Source: an uncultured virus (IMG/VR IMGVR_UViG_3300043410_000597)
Lineage: Duplodnaviria > Heunggongvirae > Uroviricota > Caudoviricetes > Crassvirales
Length of the DNA stretch: 64,000 nt
Strand: one strand, 5' to 3'
Virus record (IMG/VR): IMGVR_UViG_3300043410_000597
Part shown: positions 19,363-29,302 of the stretch, one piece after another
Numbering within the stretch: position 1 is the stretch's first letter
Layout: every line of letters starts with the position of its first letter
Translations under genes and position numbers: made by a program
Notes under the pieces: generated by a model
Told to the model about the DNA's origin: nothing
Seen by the model: the letters and a program-made list of their open reading frames with translations, nothing else
Database searches by the model: none

Positions 19363-19662
19363 TTATCGGGCAACACTATCTCCATTTTTATTGGGGAATT
19401 TGGCATAGCTAAATGATGTTAAAAAAGATGTTAAAGGTTCTATCTCATCAAAGTACATATACTCATCATCAAATATATAAGCCTTCCATGTACTAAGTTT
19501 CGCCTCATCGTCTGCATTAGTTATTAATGATGTATGCCTAGATACTACATATAAGTAATAGTAAAAGTCTTCCGGGTATCCTGACTCATGTTGAGAGACA
19601 AGAACTTTCTCAAAACCTAAATCTATTAGGTCTTGTTCGTGGATAGGATGGTGCTTTATCAT
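19363..19662 (-). CDS. Hypothetical protein
   Basis: 99-aa ORF with LIDLGFEK motif; ATGA-type coupling to upstream gene. Confidence 0.55.
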   Translation of the reverse strand: MIKHHPIHEQDLIDLGFEKVLVSQHESGYPEDFYYYLYVVSRHTSLITNADDEAKLSTWKAYIFDDEYMYFDEIEPLTSFLTSFSYAKFPNKNGDSVAR

Positions 19663-19967
19663 TCCTTTATGAAGACTCCGTTAGTTGTTTTTCCTTTGCG
19701 ATGCTTAATCTCATTCCATGCGGAGTTCAACGCTTCTTGTGGTGTTAACCCACATTGCATTGTCAAGATAATAAGAGTAACGAACGTGTCACCTAAACCA
19801 TCAATCAATTCATCAGGCTTGTTCTTGCTGATAGCGGAGGCCGCTTCACCCAATTCCTCAACAACCTTGACGAATTGAGACTTTACAAATGATGGGTCAA
19901 TCAAACCTTTGTCGTTAGCCCAGTCATGTACATTAATAATTAGTTGGTCAAAAGATAATTCTTCCAT
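19659..19967 (-). CDS. MazG-like nucleotide pyrophosphohydrolase
   Basis: QFVKVVEELGE..DGLGD..AWNEIKHRKGK. Confidence 0.85.
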   Translation of the reverse strand: MEELSFDQLIINVHDWANDKGLIDPSFVKSQFVKVVEELGEAASAISKNKPDELIDGLGDTFVTLIILTMQCGLTPQEALNSAWNEIKHRKGKTTNGVFIKE

Positions 19968-19988
19968 TGTTATTATATTTAGTTTAAG

Positions 19989-20981
19989 TTAAAACATATC
20001 ACTCCAGTCCTCACCTTCGTTTGCTTTGCTGTAAGCAGTTGGTCTGGTTGCAAAAAAATCTGAGTGTTCAACGCCTGCTGTCAATTGGTAAAACCAATCT
20101 AATTGTTCAGCCGCCGCAGGGTCGTAAGCAAAGATGGCATCATAGCCTAACTCTACTAACTTATCGTTGATGCGTTTGTGCATAAAATGTTTAAGGTCTC
20201 TAGCCTTTAAATTCTCTAGGTCTCCTCTCTCAAATATCTTATCGATGAAATTCATCTCCATTAGAAGAGTTAGGTTAGCTGCCTCCACTATAGCATCCTT
20301 TGCATCAGCCTTTAAATCCGGAAACTCCTCACACATGTGACGGAACAATTTACATCCCATCTTAGAATGCAGAGCCTCATCTCTTACCGACCACTTCATT
20401 TGTTGGCCAACACCTTTTAGTTTGTTGTTCAATTGGAATGAATATAGTACAGCGAATGAACTATACAATGCTACACCTTCAGTGAACGCTGAGAAGATAG
20501 CAAGTGATCGAGCCACATCTCTACGAGCTGGTGCACTCGTGCAAAGAATCTTATAGTTGTAATGGTGTGGCACAGATGTCAATACCTCCACACGACTAGC
20601 AATAGCAGGCTCGTGCATAAATCCTTCGTAGTCATCAAGACCAAGAGTATCATTAAGATACGAGTAAGCCGTTGCGTGAACAGTCTCCTGAGCTCCGAAC
20701 ATCATAGCCATCTGAATGATTTCATACTTAGGAAACCAATCAGTCACCATGCCTGTCCAATAGTCCGACACAGCACATTCTGTTTGAGCAAAGCCAAGCA
20801 GGATGTTACCTACTACGTGCTTCTCATTCTCTGTCAGATTCTCATTCCAATCCTTTACATCGGATGACATAGGAATCTCTGTATGTAACCAAAATGCTTG
20901 GGCTTGCTTCAGCCATCCCTCTGTGTAGTACTCAGGGTATTCAAAAGGTTTGTATGCAATTCTTTTTTCAAATAAACTCAT
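19989..20981 (-). CDS. nrdB: Class I ribonucleotide reductase beta subunit
   Basis: KPFEYP, FW..E, ETVH..Y, TEG..LYSSF, DEALH, DFF..Y. Confidence 0.95.
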   Translation of the reverse strand: MSLFEKRIAYKPFEYPEYYTEGWLKQAQAFWLHTEIPMSSDVKDWNENLTENEKHVVGNILLGFAQTECAVSDYWTGMVTDWFPKYEIIQMAMMFGAQETVHATAYSYLNDTLGLDDYEGFMHEPAIASRVEVLTSVPHHYNYKILCTSAPARRDVARSLAIFSAFTEGVALYSSFAVLYSFQLNNKLKGVGQQMKWSVRDEALHSKMGCKLFRHMCEEFPDLKADAKDAIVEAANLTLLMEMNFIDKIFERGDLENLKARDLKHFMHKRINDKLVELGYDAIFAYDPAAAEQLDWFYQLTAGVEHSDFFATRPTAYSKANEGEDWSDMF

Positions 20982-21363
20982 AAGATGCGATAAATCGTTT
21001 TATTGTTTGGTCTTTAATAATTTGATTGCCAGCTAGTACCTCGTCTAAAAACTCGTCGATATCTATCTGTTCTAGTAACTCTACAGCTACCATAGGTTTA
21101 GGTGGTTCAGAATCTACAAACGTAAGTTCTCCCATCCCTGCATAAAACCTAAAATACTTAGGCTCTTCATCCACTACACTGAAGACAATACTTCGTTCGT
21201 CTTCTTCGTTTATTTCGTTTGAAAAATGTACCAGTGCATCTGCTATCTGATCAAAAGTTTCCTCCTGCATCGAACTCATCCATTTGAAAAGACTCTGTGG
21301 TACTGCTACCATTTGTCTCTCCTCGAAATACCTCGACGCTAAATCCATGTTTTCTGAGCTCAT
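20968..21363 (-). CDS. Hypothetical acidic protein
   Basis: 131-aa ORF; true start uncertain because of overlap with the VRR-NUC gene. Confidence 0.5.
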   Translation of the reverse strand: MSSENMDLASRYFEERQMVAVPQSLFKWMSSMQEETFDQIADALVHFSNEINEEDERSIVFSVVDEEPKYFRFYAGMGELTFVDSEPPKPMVAVELLEQIDIDEFLDEVLAGNQIIKDQTIKRFIASYEFI

Positions 21364-21556
21364 TTAGTCTAAATTTTTGTAAGTCTGATACTTTTCCTGT
21401 TGGTGTTTTAACCTCGCTAAACAAAACTCCTTTGGTCGGATGCAAAGCTAGTAAGTCAGGTATACCGTTCTTGTTAGTCTTAATTAACTTAAGAACATAG
21501 TACCCTTCTTTCTCTAGTTGCTTAATTCGTTTGGATTGTATTTGTTGTTCTGACAT
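21251..21556 (-). CDS. VRR-NUC nuclease
   Basis: MSEQQIQ..GIPDLL..FSEVK..GKVSDLQ. Confidence 0.85.
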   Translation of the reverse strand: MSEQQIQSKRIKQLEKEGYYVLKLIKTNKNGIPDLLALHPTKGVLFSEVKTPTGKVSDLQKFRLNELRKHGFSVEVFRGETNGSSTTESFQMDEFDAGGNF

Positions 21557-21560
21557 GGGG

Positions 21561-22796
21561 CTACGAATTTAAGAAATCTTTCTTGAAAAAATTTAGAGTG
21601 TAATCCTTTTTTTGTTGAACCACTTCGTAAATCTTTTCCTCGATTCCTCCAATCGTAAACACCCAGTACACCTTGTTAGACTTTCGGTCGATGGTGGTCA
21701 TCCTATCCTTGCTTTGCCAATAAGATGTTGCACTAAAGTCTATATTATAGTACACCAAGAAGTCAGCGTTGCGGAGGCTGATGCCCTCACGTCCTGAGAC
21801 AATCTGAAGAGCAATGTTCTTGCTAGTAGTATTAAACTCCTCAAGATCATCTGTCAACTCATCACCGAACACAAACTTCAACGCATCCCACTCAGCCTTG
21901 AACTTATAAAAGATTCCTATCTTCTTGTTCTTGAACTGATTCTTTATGTAGGTAGCCTTGGTATAATCAAATACTAGTCTTCTACCTGACTCAAGGATGA
22001 TGGTACCTGAGTACATCTGATGTAACTTGTTCATCATCTTGGCTCCAGTGTCAGCAAGTATGGTATCATCATCACCCTGAACAACCGACTCTTTCTTTAA
22101 CTTGTTAGCTAACTTATAAGTCATAGGACTCATAGCAATTCTAAGTACTGCCTCCTCTACTGATGTAGTGAAGCCTGCTTTCTCTTGGGTGAATGATATC
22201 ATTAGATGCTTGATGGCATCCATGATTTTATCTTTCAACGCACCTGAGTAGTCATTAACTTTCATTGCACCTATGTACTTTATTTTTACTTTAACATAGT
22301 CATTAGCCCACCGATAAAAGTTAGCATAAGATTTGAATGGGTTATTAGGATGCACATAAAGCTGGTGGTATATCTGAGAGAAACTCTCAGGTGTCGGTGT
22401 GCCCGATAAAAATATAACCTTTGAGTTAACTTTTTTTACCAAATCTTTAACTTGCTTCGCTCTTTTGCTAGGCTTAGGGAATGCACCCATAGTGTGAGCT
22501 TCATCACAAATTATTACATCCCACTTCCGCTCTTCTAACTTGTGTAATGACTCATAGTTTACACACGTAAGGTTAAAGTTACAACCTAAATCTTTATGAT
22601 CTTTCTTAATACCTGGCACCACCTTTAACTTGGTGACGAACAATACTTCTTTGGCACCTAACGCATCGCAGATAGCTAGTGATGTCATGGTCTTACCGGT
22701 CCTTACCTCCATAGATAAGTATAGCATACCATGCTCTTTAATAATGCCAAGCCCGTCGCTTACTATCTTCTTCTGGTAATCCCTTAGCTGTATCAT
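21561..22796 (-). CDS. SF2 (SNF2/ResIII-like) helicase
   Basis: LRDYQ, RTGKT, DEAH, LSGTP, EGISL, QSKDR. Confidence 0.9.
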   Translation of the reverse strand: MIQLRDYQKKIVSDGLGIIKEHGMLYLSMEVRTGKTMTSLAICDALGAKEVLFVTKLKVVPGIKKDHKDLGCNFNLTCVNYESLHKLEERKWDVIICDEAHTMGAFPKPSKRAKQVKDLVKKVNSKVIFLSGTPTPESFSQIYHQLYVHPNNPFKSYANFYRWANDYVKVKIKYIGAMKVNDYSGALKDKIMDAIKHLMISFTQEKAGFTTSVEEAVLRIAMSPMTYKLANKLKKESVVQGDDDTILADTGAKMMNKLHQMYSGTIILESGRRLVFDYTKATYIKNQFKNKKIGIFYKFKAEWDALKFVFGDELTDDLEEFNTTSKNIALQIVSGREGISLRNADFLVYYNIDFSATSYWQSKDRMTTIDRKSNKVYWVFTIGGIEEKIYEVVQQKKDYTLNFFKKDFLNS

Positions 22797-23010
22797 TTGC
22801 GTATTTTTCGTTGTAGTATTGTTCTCCTTTCATATATATTCCAAATTCCCAATCACAATTACCATATTCATAAGAATCTATAATCTGCTCTTTCTCTTTT
22901 TTTAATAATGATTCAATCTTAGCTTCAATCATTCTAGGTGTATCTAAATCCATCGGTAATGTCCTCCGTGTCCATTCCAACATTTCTTGCATTGCTGTTT
23001 TATTTTCCAT
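22738..23010 (-). CDS. Hypothetical phage protein
   Basis: KEKEQIIDSY..EQYYNEKY motif typical of small Bacteroidota phage proteins. Confidence 0.6.
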   Translation of the reverse strand: MENKTAMQEMLEWTRRTLPMDLDTPRMIEAKIESLLKKEKEQIIDSYEYGNCDWEFGIYMKGEQYYNEKYANDTAKGLPEEDSKRRAWHY

Positions 23011-23203
23011 CGTCTTCTAGTTTAATGTGAAATGCCCCTTCAGGTGGGTATTCTGTATTGTCCCAATAGTACTCACATATGTCATCATCCTTGATAGGAG
23101 GAGTCATAAAGTATGACTGGTAGTCACTTGCTTTTGCTGTGTGCCTATAGCACATCTGCTTCTTTGGGCATTGTTCACCCGTACACATTGCTATATCAGG
23201 CAT
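23000..23203 (-). CDS. Small Cys-rich hypothetical protein
   Basis: MPDIAMC..CP..CYR..CEYYW. Confidence 0.6.
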   Translation of the reverse strand: MPDIAMCTGEQCPKKQMCYRHTAKASDYQSYFMTPPIKDDDICEYYWDNTEYPPEGAFHIKLEDDGK

Positions 23204-23332
23204 TGTCTTGTTGTTTAATTATTAACATAATCTCCCTTGTTAATTCACCTGCTGTCTTTGTGCCATCAAGACTCCAGCGTATGATTGCGGTTTCTACAGT
23301 AGTATATAGTTCATCTTCGGTCATTTGCATAG

Positions 23333-24187
23333 TTATAGTCCGCAGAAACCTGAGTCGCATTCGTTAAAGTCCGACTCAAATAATTCCACTTGTTTAAATG
23401 ATTCTTTGATTTTATTATAAGATGTACCCTTGATAAATCTAGCCGAGTCAGTCTCCTGATTAGCAAACCAATCAAACTTATTTGGTTGCATCTCAGACAT
23501 CAACTTAAGTAATGCAGGATTACGATGGAAACATCCAACACAGTTGTTCATATAAGCGAACCTAACTGGTTTATCTTTCCAATACTCGTGCACCTGCTCT
23601 CGTAAGATATTCTGCTCGATTAAAGGGAATCTTGGGGTGCGGTATGGAATAGAGTGCCACTTATGTCTGCCACGCTCGTTAGTAGACTTGATAACTCTAA
23701 AGTTCTCAATGCCATCTACACAACGCTTCATCATATTGTTAGCACGCCTAGTCTCATTAGCCCTGAACCCAATTCTCATTTCAACGGGTAGATCCGTGTT
23801 GGCTCTACACCATTCAAAGATTGGGTTAACTTTCATATGCACCGTGCAGAATCTTTGCATCACATTAGGTAAGTATTTATAATACTCCCCGTTGTCTTTG
23901 CGATTCTTGTTTACGATTGAATCAAAAGTTGGACCGGTTATCCAAGTAATCTTTCTACCTAGATACTGCTCTAAATCTAGCATCGTGTAGATAATTGCAT
24001 CCTCTTCTAGTGTACCAATAAAATCAGTCTGAAGTTTGTCCTCTACAATCTTTCTGATTGCATCATCTTTAAACTTACACGACTCATCTGTGGTTCTAAC
24101 CAAAGAGAATAAATCTACATCAGCTGGAAAATGAGCTGCCATATACGATGATGTTTTGCCTCCACTTAAAGAGTTAACTGTTGTCAT
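23333..24187 (-). CDS. PAPS-reductase-family (PP-loop, Fe-S) protein
   Basis: SLSGGKTS, RFCT, IGFRANE, FPLI, NCVGC, CDSGFCG. Confidence 0.8.
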   Translation of the reverse strand: MTTVNSLSGGKTSSYMAAHFPADVDLFSLVRTTDESCKFKDDAIRKIVEDKLQTDFIGTLEEDAIIYTMLDLEQYLGRKITWITGPTFDSIVNKNRKDNGEYYKYLPNVMQRFCTVHMKVNPIFEWCRANTDLPVEMRIGFRANETRRANNMMKRCVDGIENFRVIKSTNERGRHKWHSIPYRTPRFPLIEQNILREQVHEYWKDKPVRFAYMNNCVGCFHRNPALLKLMSEMQPNKFDWFANQETDSARFIKGTSYNKIKESFKQVELFESDFNECDSGFCGL

Positions 24188-26562
24188 ATTAGTTCTAGTT
24201 GTTTATCTTCTTTTAATGGGAACACCATCCACTTACCTGCACCATCACGACCCTCTACAGGGTTGCTACCAGTTAAATGCAAGCAGTAGGTACGTAGCCA
24301 CGAATTAAATCGTTGTTTAGATAGCATACGGAACATTCCGTTATTATCCGCTATGAACTTATCGAACACATCATCAGGTCTAAATCGCTGATTCATTGGT
24401 ATGAATGATGGCCCAAACTCGTGAGCCCACTCAGCAAACTCAGCATTAGTCTCCGCTCTGAACTTACGTTCTTTAAGGTTCACAAAGTTACATTTAACTA
24501 GACCAGTATTCAGATACCCTTGCAATACTTTGATCATATAGTTGTCGAACGCACACCAATCATCTTGGCTCCAGTCGTTGAACAATAACCGACCAAACTC
24601 ATCCTGAGGTGTGAAGTCTTTAGAATAGAATTGCTTGAACTCCATCTCCCACTTACGCCTCTCAAATGAGTTACCCTTACCTTGGATAGCATAGTTAGTA
24701 GTGATGACAACCTTAGGTGACTTATGAAATGGAATCTTAATTGCATCCTTGTTCTTACGCTCAACTGTGATACCCTCAGTAACCACCGAGAATAATCGCT
24801 CAAAGTCAAAGTTCTTCTTCACATCATCAAACACCAACACCTGCGTGTCTGTGCTCACTAACTGATAAGCAAATGACTTATCGAACGAGAACGACTTACC
24901 ATCAATGGTAACCGCCTTCTTCATACGACTGATTCCGTTCATAAATAAACCTTTACCAGTACCTCCCTCAGGGTTCTCTGATATCACCTCATCATTAATG
25001 ATGACAGCTGGGCAGTACCCCCCATTTTTAAATGCGTGAAGGATGAAGCCGATGGTTGACTCGATGGATGCCACACGTTGGTCATCATTGCCACCGATGT
25101 TGCGAATGAATGTTTTGTAATCACACTCATCTGCAGGGCAGAAGATGAAGTCACGTTGGATAACTTGGTCTGACCACACGTAGCCACCTAAGTCCTCGTA
25201 GTTTAATAGGACAGTTTGATTCTTAGTCACCTTGACCACGCCATTCTTGAAGTATAAGTACGCCTCATCCTTTGTGTCTTCCACAAAGTAGATGTTGACC
25301 GAGTCAAGCATAGACAAGAAGTCTTCCCTAAAGAATCGAGTCTTGTCAGCAAAGTAATTGTACACGCTTAGATCCTGAAAGTTATCAAGGATGTGGTTTA
25401 ACACAAAGTCCTTGATGTCATCCTCAGTACACATCTCAATTAAGTTCTGATTGATACGTACAAAGATGAAGCCCTTGTTACCCTCAGGCACATACTTGCG
25501 ATACCCATTGTTTTCTAGGAATGTCTTGAGCTCGTAGTGAATTAATGTCACCACACCCTTGTCACTCTTAGTCCAGAATGTATTCTTGCTTTGCTCCTCC
25601 TCGATTCTAGTTAGTACTGAATCAATCGTTCCGTCCTCCACTCCGGAGGCTTTCAATTGAGAACGGATGTCCTTTTTTGGCACGCCACGACTTAGTTGAT
25701 TCTTTGCAAAGTCAACACGTGAGGTATCCTCAAAGTACTTGGTGGCATACTTGTCTGTATGCTTGTACGCTGAGTCAATGATTCCTTGAATCTCCTTGGT
25801 TGTAAAGTCCTCGGATGCAAATGCCATCATTCGATACATCGCCTCAGACTTAGACACGCCATACTCGTTGAACGCCATAGCAAGCACGAAAAGATTGTTG
25901 TTTCGTGCACCTGACACGAAGCCAAACTTATTATCCCACCATTTAGCCAATCGATTAATGATTTCGTTCTCATCATCGATAGGGATGGTTGGTCGCATAT
26001 CCTTGGTCACGTGTTCAATCTCTGCATCATCCACCTTGTTCCACTCAATAGAGTTTACATTAACAAAGATGGTCGGATCGTAAGACTCGTAGCACACACG
26101 TGATACATTCTTGGATGTCTTATCAAACTGCTCGCAGTTATAGTAAGCCTCCAGTGCATTGAAGAATGATTTGTGCTTGCTTGCATCCTTTGGTATCTTA
26201 ACCAATACCTTCAGGCCATTACCTGATGGCGATATAAAAACTGAAAACGTATAAGGGTCATTAGCCAGTTCATCTTTCTTGGCTAGTATCTCATCACTTG
26301 ATGGGAAGTTGTCGAAGTCTAAACATATCAGACCACTATGCTCCATAAGAGCTGAGTCTTCACGCTTAGAGAACGTACCTGAGAAACATATCGCAGGCAA
26401 CTCTTGCTTGAGCTTGTTACGTAGCTCCTTATCTTTCTCCAATCTAATCTTACGGACAATGTCTTTGGACTTACCCTCCTTGACTCTCGAGAGTATAGCC
26501 AAGACATCCCGATAGAATGGGACAGATGTCTCTTTTATGTTAGAAAAAATAGTTACTTGCAC
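24184..26562 (-). CDS. Primase-helicase (BT4734/VirE N-terminal, PriCT-like and P-loop helicase domains)
   Basis: KQELPAICFSG, LICLDFD, FISPSGNGLK, RVCYESYDP, GARNNNLF, GGTGKG, FDD, ITTN; GTG start. Confidence 0.85.
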   Translation of the reverse strand: MQVTIFSNIKETSVPFYRDVLAILSRVKEGKSKDIVRKIRLEKDKELRNKLKQELPAICFSGTFSKREDSALMEHSGLICLDFDNFPSSDEILAKKDELANDPYTFSVFISPSGNGLKVLVKIPKDASKHKSFFNALEAYYNCEQFDKTSKNVSRVCYESYDPTIFVNVNSIEWNKVDDAEIEHVTKDMRPTIPIDDENEIINRLAKWWDNKFGFVSGARNNNLFVLAMAFNEYGVSKSEAMYRMMAFASEDFTTKEIQGIIDSAYKHTDKYATKYFEDTSRVDFAKNQLSRGVPKKDIRSQLKASGVEDGTIDSVLTRIEEEQSKNTFWTKSDKGVVTLIHYELKTFLENNGYRKYVPEGNKGFIFVRINQNLIEMCTEDDIKDFVLNHILDNFQDLSVYNYFADKTRFFREDFLSMLDSVNIYFVEDTKDEAYLYFKNGVVKVTKNQTVLLNYEDLGGYVWSDQVIQRDFIFCPADECDYKTFIRNIGGNDDQRVASIESTIGFILHAFKNGGYCPAVIINDEVISENPEGGTGKGLFMNGISRMKKAVTIDGKSFSFDKSFAYQLVSTDTQVLVFDDVKKNFDFERLFSVVTEGITVERKNKDAIKIPFHKSPKVVITTNYAIQGKGNSFERRKWEMEFKQFYSKDFTPQDEFGRLLFNDWSQDDWCAFDNYMIKVLQGYLNTGLVKCNFVNLKERKFRAETNAEFAEWAHEFGPSFIPMNQRFRPDDVFDKFIADNNGMFRMLSKQRFNSWLRTYCLHLTGSNPVEGRDGAGKWMVFPLKEDKQLELI

Positions 26563-26585
26563 GTCGTTTTAATTAAAGTGAGCAC

Positions 26586-26772
26586 TTTATACACTGTTTT
26601 GTGTACAAAATTTTTAATTTGTACACTAGTTAACTAATTGATTATTAGTATATTATATTCTTTTGTGTACAAAGTGAACAAAATATATAAGAAAAGAGAA
26701 AAAAATAATTTATCTAAAAAAGAAAAATATATATTCATCTAAGTCCCACATATTTTGTTCATTTGTACACAA
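26586..26772. repeat. Origin-like element, copy 1 (TGTACA repeats, IHF-like site, A-tracts)
   Basis: TGTACA at 26602, 26620, 26666, 26764; TAACTAATTGATT at 26631-26643; similar to 36690-36960. Confidence 0.6.
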
Positions 26773-26774
26773 CA

Positions 26775-27074
26775 TTAGAATGGAAGGTCAGTCTCTTCCA
26801 CCGATGGAGTTGGTGCAGGAGCTGGTGCTTTCTTAGCCGTTGACCCACCATCAGATGACCAAGCAATTTTGCCGTTACCTAAATAGTTCTTCTTCTCCTT
26901 AGCCTCACGCTCTTCCTTAGATTGAGACTCGTAGATACCCGCTTGGTTTCCGTACTGGTCTACCTCATCATTGATAGAGATAGTGATGTTAAGGTACGTG
27001 CCCTTCTCTCCTTTAACTAACTTGTCTTTAGAGATTTTTGATACATCAATAGATGCTGAAATTAATTGTGCCAT
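26775..27074 (-). CDS. Single-stranded DNA-binding protein
   Basis: OB-like core, Pro/Ala linker and acidic EETDLPF tail; next to exonuclease and annealase genes. Confidence 0.75.
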   Translation of the reverse strand: MAQLISASIDVSKISKDKLVKGEKGTYLNITISINDEVDQYGNQAGIYESQSKEEREAKEKKNYLGNGKIAWSSDGGSTAKKAPAPAPTPSVEETDLPF

Positions 27075-27086
27075 AATTGTTTTTGT

Positions 27087-27815
27087 TTATAAAGTTTCTA
27101 ATTTAAAATACTGAGTAATATCATCGGTCGCATTTGGCCCGAAGAACTTTTGCCAAACCTCGATAGCTTTGTAGACCTTCTCTCTGCCACGATCCAAGAA
27201 CTCATCTGAGCATTCAAACAAGCCCGTACGACAGCTATCTTTCTCGACTGCGATAAACACCATAGGTTTGCCAAATAACTGGTTGTAGATGTAAGCCTGA
27301 GAGTCGTAGTTATACTTACGTGCAGAGAACTTAAAGTCATCTAGATTGGCAGTAGTCTTGAGGTCGATAAGAATCTCATCGCCTACAATATCCGACTTAC
27401 CTTTCCATTGTATTCCACCAATCTCACCGATGGCTGGAACTTCGTAAGAGTTTGATGAGTCACGAATCATATCGTAGAATGTTAAGTTACCCATCAACGC
27501 CTTAGCCATACGCTCGCAGTCATCTACTTCTTTTTGAAGCAATAACATATCAGCACCTGAGGAGGCTAATGCTTCCTTGTAGATGTTAGTTGTACGTGTT
27601 GAACAATCTACTGCCACAAAGTTCTTTAACTTCTCAGGCTCAAGGATGAACGTGTGAAAGTAAGATCCTGCAAGCATAGCAGGAGTCTTTTCTTTCGGCA
27701 CACCATATTGAGATGGGTTGTACAATAATGCTCCGATGTCAGAGTTCGATAAGTAATTCTTACCTACACCTGAGTAGTACTCAGTGTCATTCTTTAATGT
27801 CTCTAGGATATTCAT
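27087..27815 (-). CDS. PD-(D/E)XK exonuclease (RecE/DUF3799-like)
   Basis: YLSNS, GSYFH..LEP, KGKSD, IDLKTT, YDSQAYIY. Confidence 0.85.
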   Translation of the reverse strand: MNILETLKNDTEYYSGVGKNYLSNSDIGALLYNPSQYGVPKEKTPAMLAGSYFHTFILEPEKLKNFVAVDCSTRTTNIYKEALASSGADMLLLQKEVDDCERMAKALMGNLTFYDMIRDSSNSYEVPAIGEIGGIQWKGKSDIVGDEILIDLKTTANLDDFKFSARKYNYDSQAYIYNQLFGKPMVFIAVEKDSCRTGLFECSDEFLDRGREKVYKAIEVWQKFFGPNATDDITQYFKLETL

Positions 27816-28408
27816 TACTTCTTAAGTTTATTGATTGCAGACTTGACATCATCTGATAACTCATACTTCTTGGATAAGTTCTTGAACACATCCTCAGACT
27901 TGAGCCCTATATTATCGACAACATAGTTGACTACTTTCTCCCAGTTTGCATCGCCTACCACAAGAGCAATCTTGCCCGCAGGTTTAGCCACCACCTTAGC
28001 AGGTGTGCCATCGGTTGCCTCAGGGAAATCTTCTTTAGCATAGATGTTAAGAGCCAAGCCATGTAATGCCAACGCCTTCACCGTTGAACGCTGAATAGTT
28101 TTGTTCACATCGAACGATGTAAGACTAGCTAGTGGTATTGACTTGTTCATGTGATTCATCACTGGCAAGTAGTCAATGTACTCTAAGCCATTGATAGTAA
28201 CACCCACCTTGACCCAAGCCGTAGCACCATCTGAAAAGTAATTCATCCCAGTTTCTGACTCGTACACCGTACGTGTCATGTCAGGGAATAATTTCTTGCA
28301 TTCTGCCCATGCAGTAGCCCAAGATAAGTAGGATAGATTACCTCTCTTCTCGACTTTAGATGAGAGGTTGAGAGCAGATAACTGCTCGAACACTGATTTG
28401 TTAGACAT
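27815..28408 (-). CDS. Sak-like (DUF1071, Rad52-like) single-strand annealing protein
   Basis: LSYLSWATAW, LPVMN, VNKTIQRSTVKALALHGLALNIYAKED. Confidence 0.85.
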   Translation of the reverse strand: MSNKSVFEQLSALNLSSKVEKRGNLSYLSWATAWAECKKLFPDMTRTVYESETGMNYFSDGATAWVKVGVTINGLEYIDYLPVMNHMNKSIPLASLTSFDVNKTIQRSTVKALALHGLALNIYAKEDFPEATDGTPAKVVAKPAGKIALVVGDANWEKVVNYVVDNIGLKSEDVFKNLSKKYELSDDVKSAINKLKK

Positions 28409-28436
28409 ATTAGATTAAGTTAAAGTGAAATTTTAA

Positions 28437-28922
28437 TTAGTACTTATTAGTGATCAAATTAATTGATTCGTAATTCTTTCTGGCAATGTGAGCCTCCTCC
28501 TGAGTATTGTAAGTTCCAATATGATTTAGTTTGTTATTGTAATAAATTGTGGCAAACCATTTCTTACCTTTCTTTTTGACTCCAGATTTTTTATCAACAT
28601 CTTTAATTAAATATCTATGGCAATTGTTTTCCATATGTGTACACCACTCAAGGTTATCAACGCAGTTATTAAACTTGTTGCCATCAATATGATTAACATA
28701 ATCTCTGCCTTCTTCCTTAGTTAAGAATGTTTCAGCTACTAACCTATGAACAAAAAATGTTTTAGCAACTCCATTAAAACTAAATCTTACGCATAGATAT
28801 CCCCTCGATGTTTTAGATAGACTCATCTTTTTAGTCTTATTGAATTTTCTTGAAAATACTTCACCATTTTTATTAACAAAATAGTAAGGATTGTTTTCAA
28901 AAATCTGTTTGCTATTTTCCAT
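28437..28922 (-). CDS. HNH homing endonuclease with AP2-like C-terminus
   Basis: VHRLVAETF..VNHIDGNKFNN..NLEW; HIGTYNTQEEA; ATG at 28922. Confidence 0.85.
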   Translation of the reverse strand: MENSKQIFENNPYYFVNKNGEVFSRKFNKTKKMSLSKTSRGYLCVRFSFNGVAKTFFVHRLVAETFLTKEEGRDYVNHIDGNKFNNCVDNLEWCTHMENNCHRYLIKDVDKKSGVKKKGKKWFATIYYNNKLNHIGTYNTQEEAHIARKNYESINLITNKY

Positions 28923-28926
28923 TGTT

Positions 28927-29289
28927 TTATTCTTTAACTCGATCAATTAGTTCATTTATACAATCATTTTCTATTTCATCGTATGTTCCTCTAAATCTCA
29001 TAAATGAATTATCTTCGTCTTTATAAAACTCTCCTACTAAGTAATTACTTCCACCACTTAACATTCTTACTCCTCCTGTCCAGTTATGATTTTCTCTAAA
29101 CCATCTAAATACTTGTTGTTTAAGAGGAGCTTTATCATAGTAATTTGAATTAAACTGTACTCCTGCATTTATTAAATATGCTATGTAAAGCGTATTATCT
29201 TCTTTATCATAGCCAGCCATACACTCTTCATCAAACCCTAATTCCTTTAAGGCTAATGCTTGCTCGTAGGTTACAAATTCTTTTTCCAT
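28927..29289 (-). CDS. Hypothetical phage protein
   Basis: MEKEFVTYEQALALKELGFDE..APLKQQVFRWFRE; -7 box TAAATTTG at 29298-29305 supports start 29289. Confidence 0.7.
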   Translation of the reverse strand: MEKEFVTYEQALALKELGFDEECMAGYDKEDNTLYIAYLINAGVQFNSNYYDKAPLKQQVFRWFRENHNWTGGVRMLSGGSNYLVGEFYKDEDNSFMRFRGTYDEIENDCINELIDRVKE

Positions 29290-29302
29290 CTGTGCGACAA
29301 AT

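Noticed and set aside
17513..20981. Introns or inteins in the RNR genes (also checked terL)
   Set aside because: ORFs are continuous and of compact length, with no splicing motifs seen
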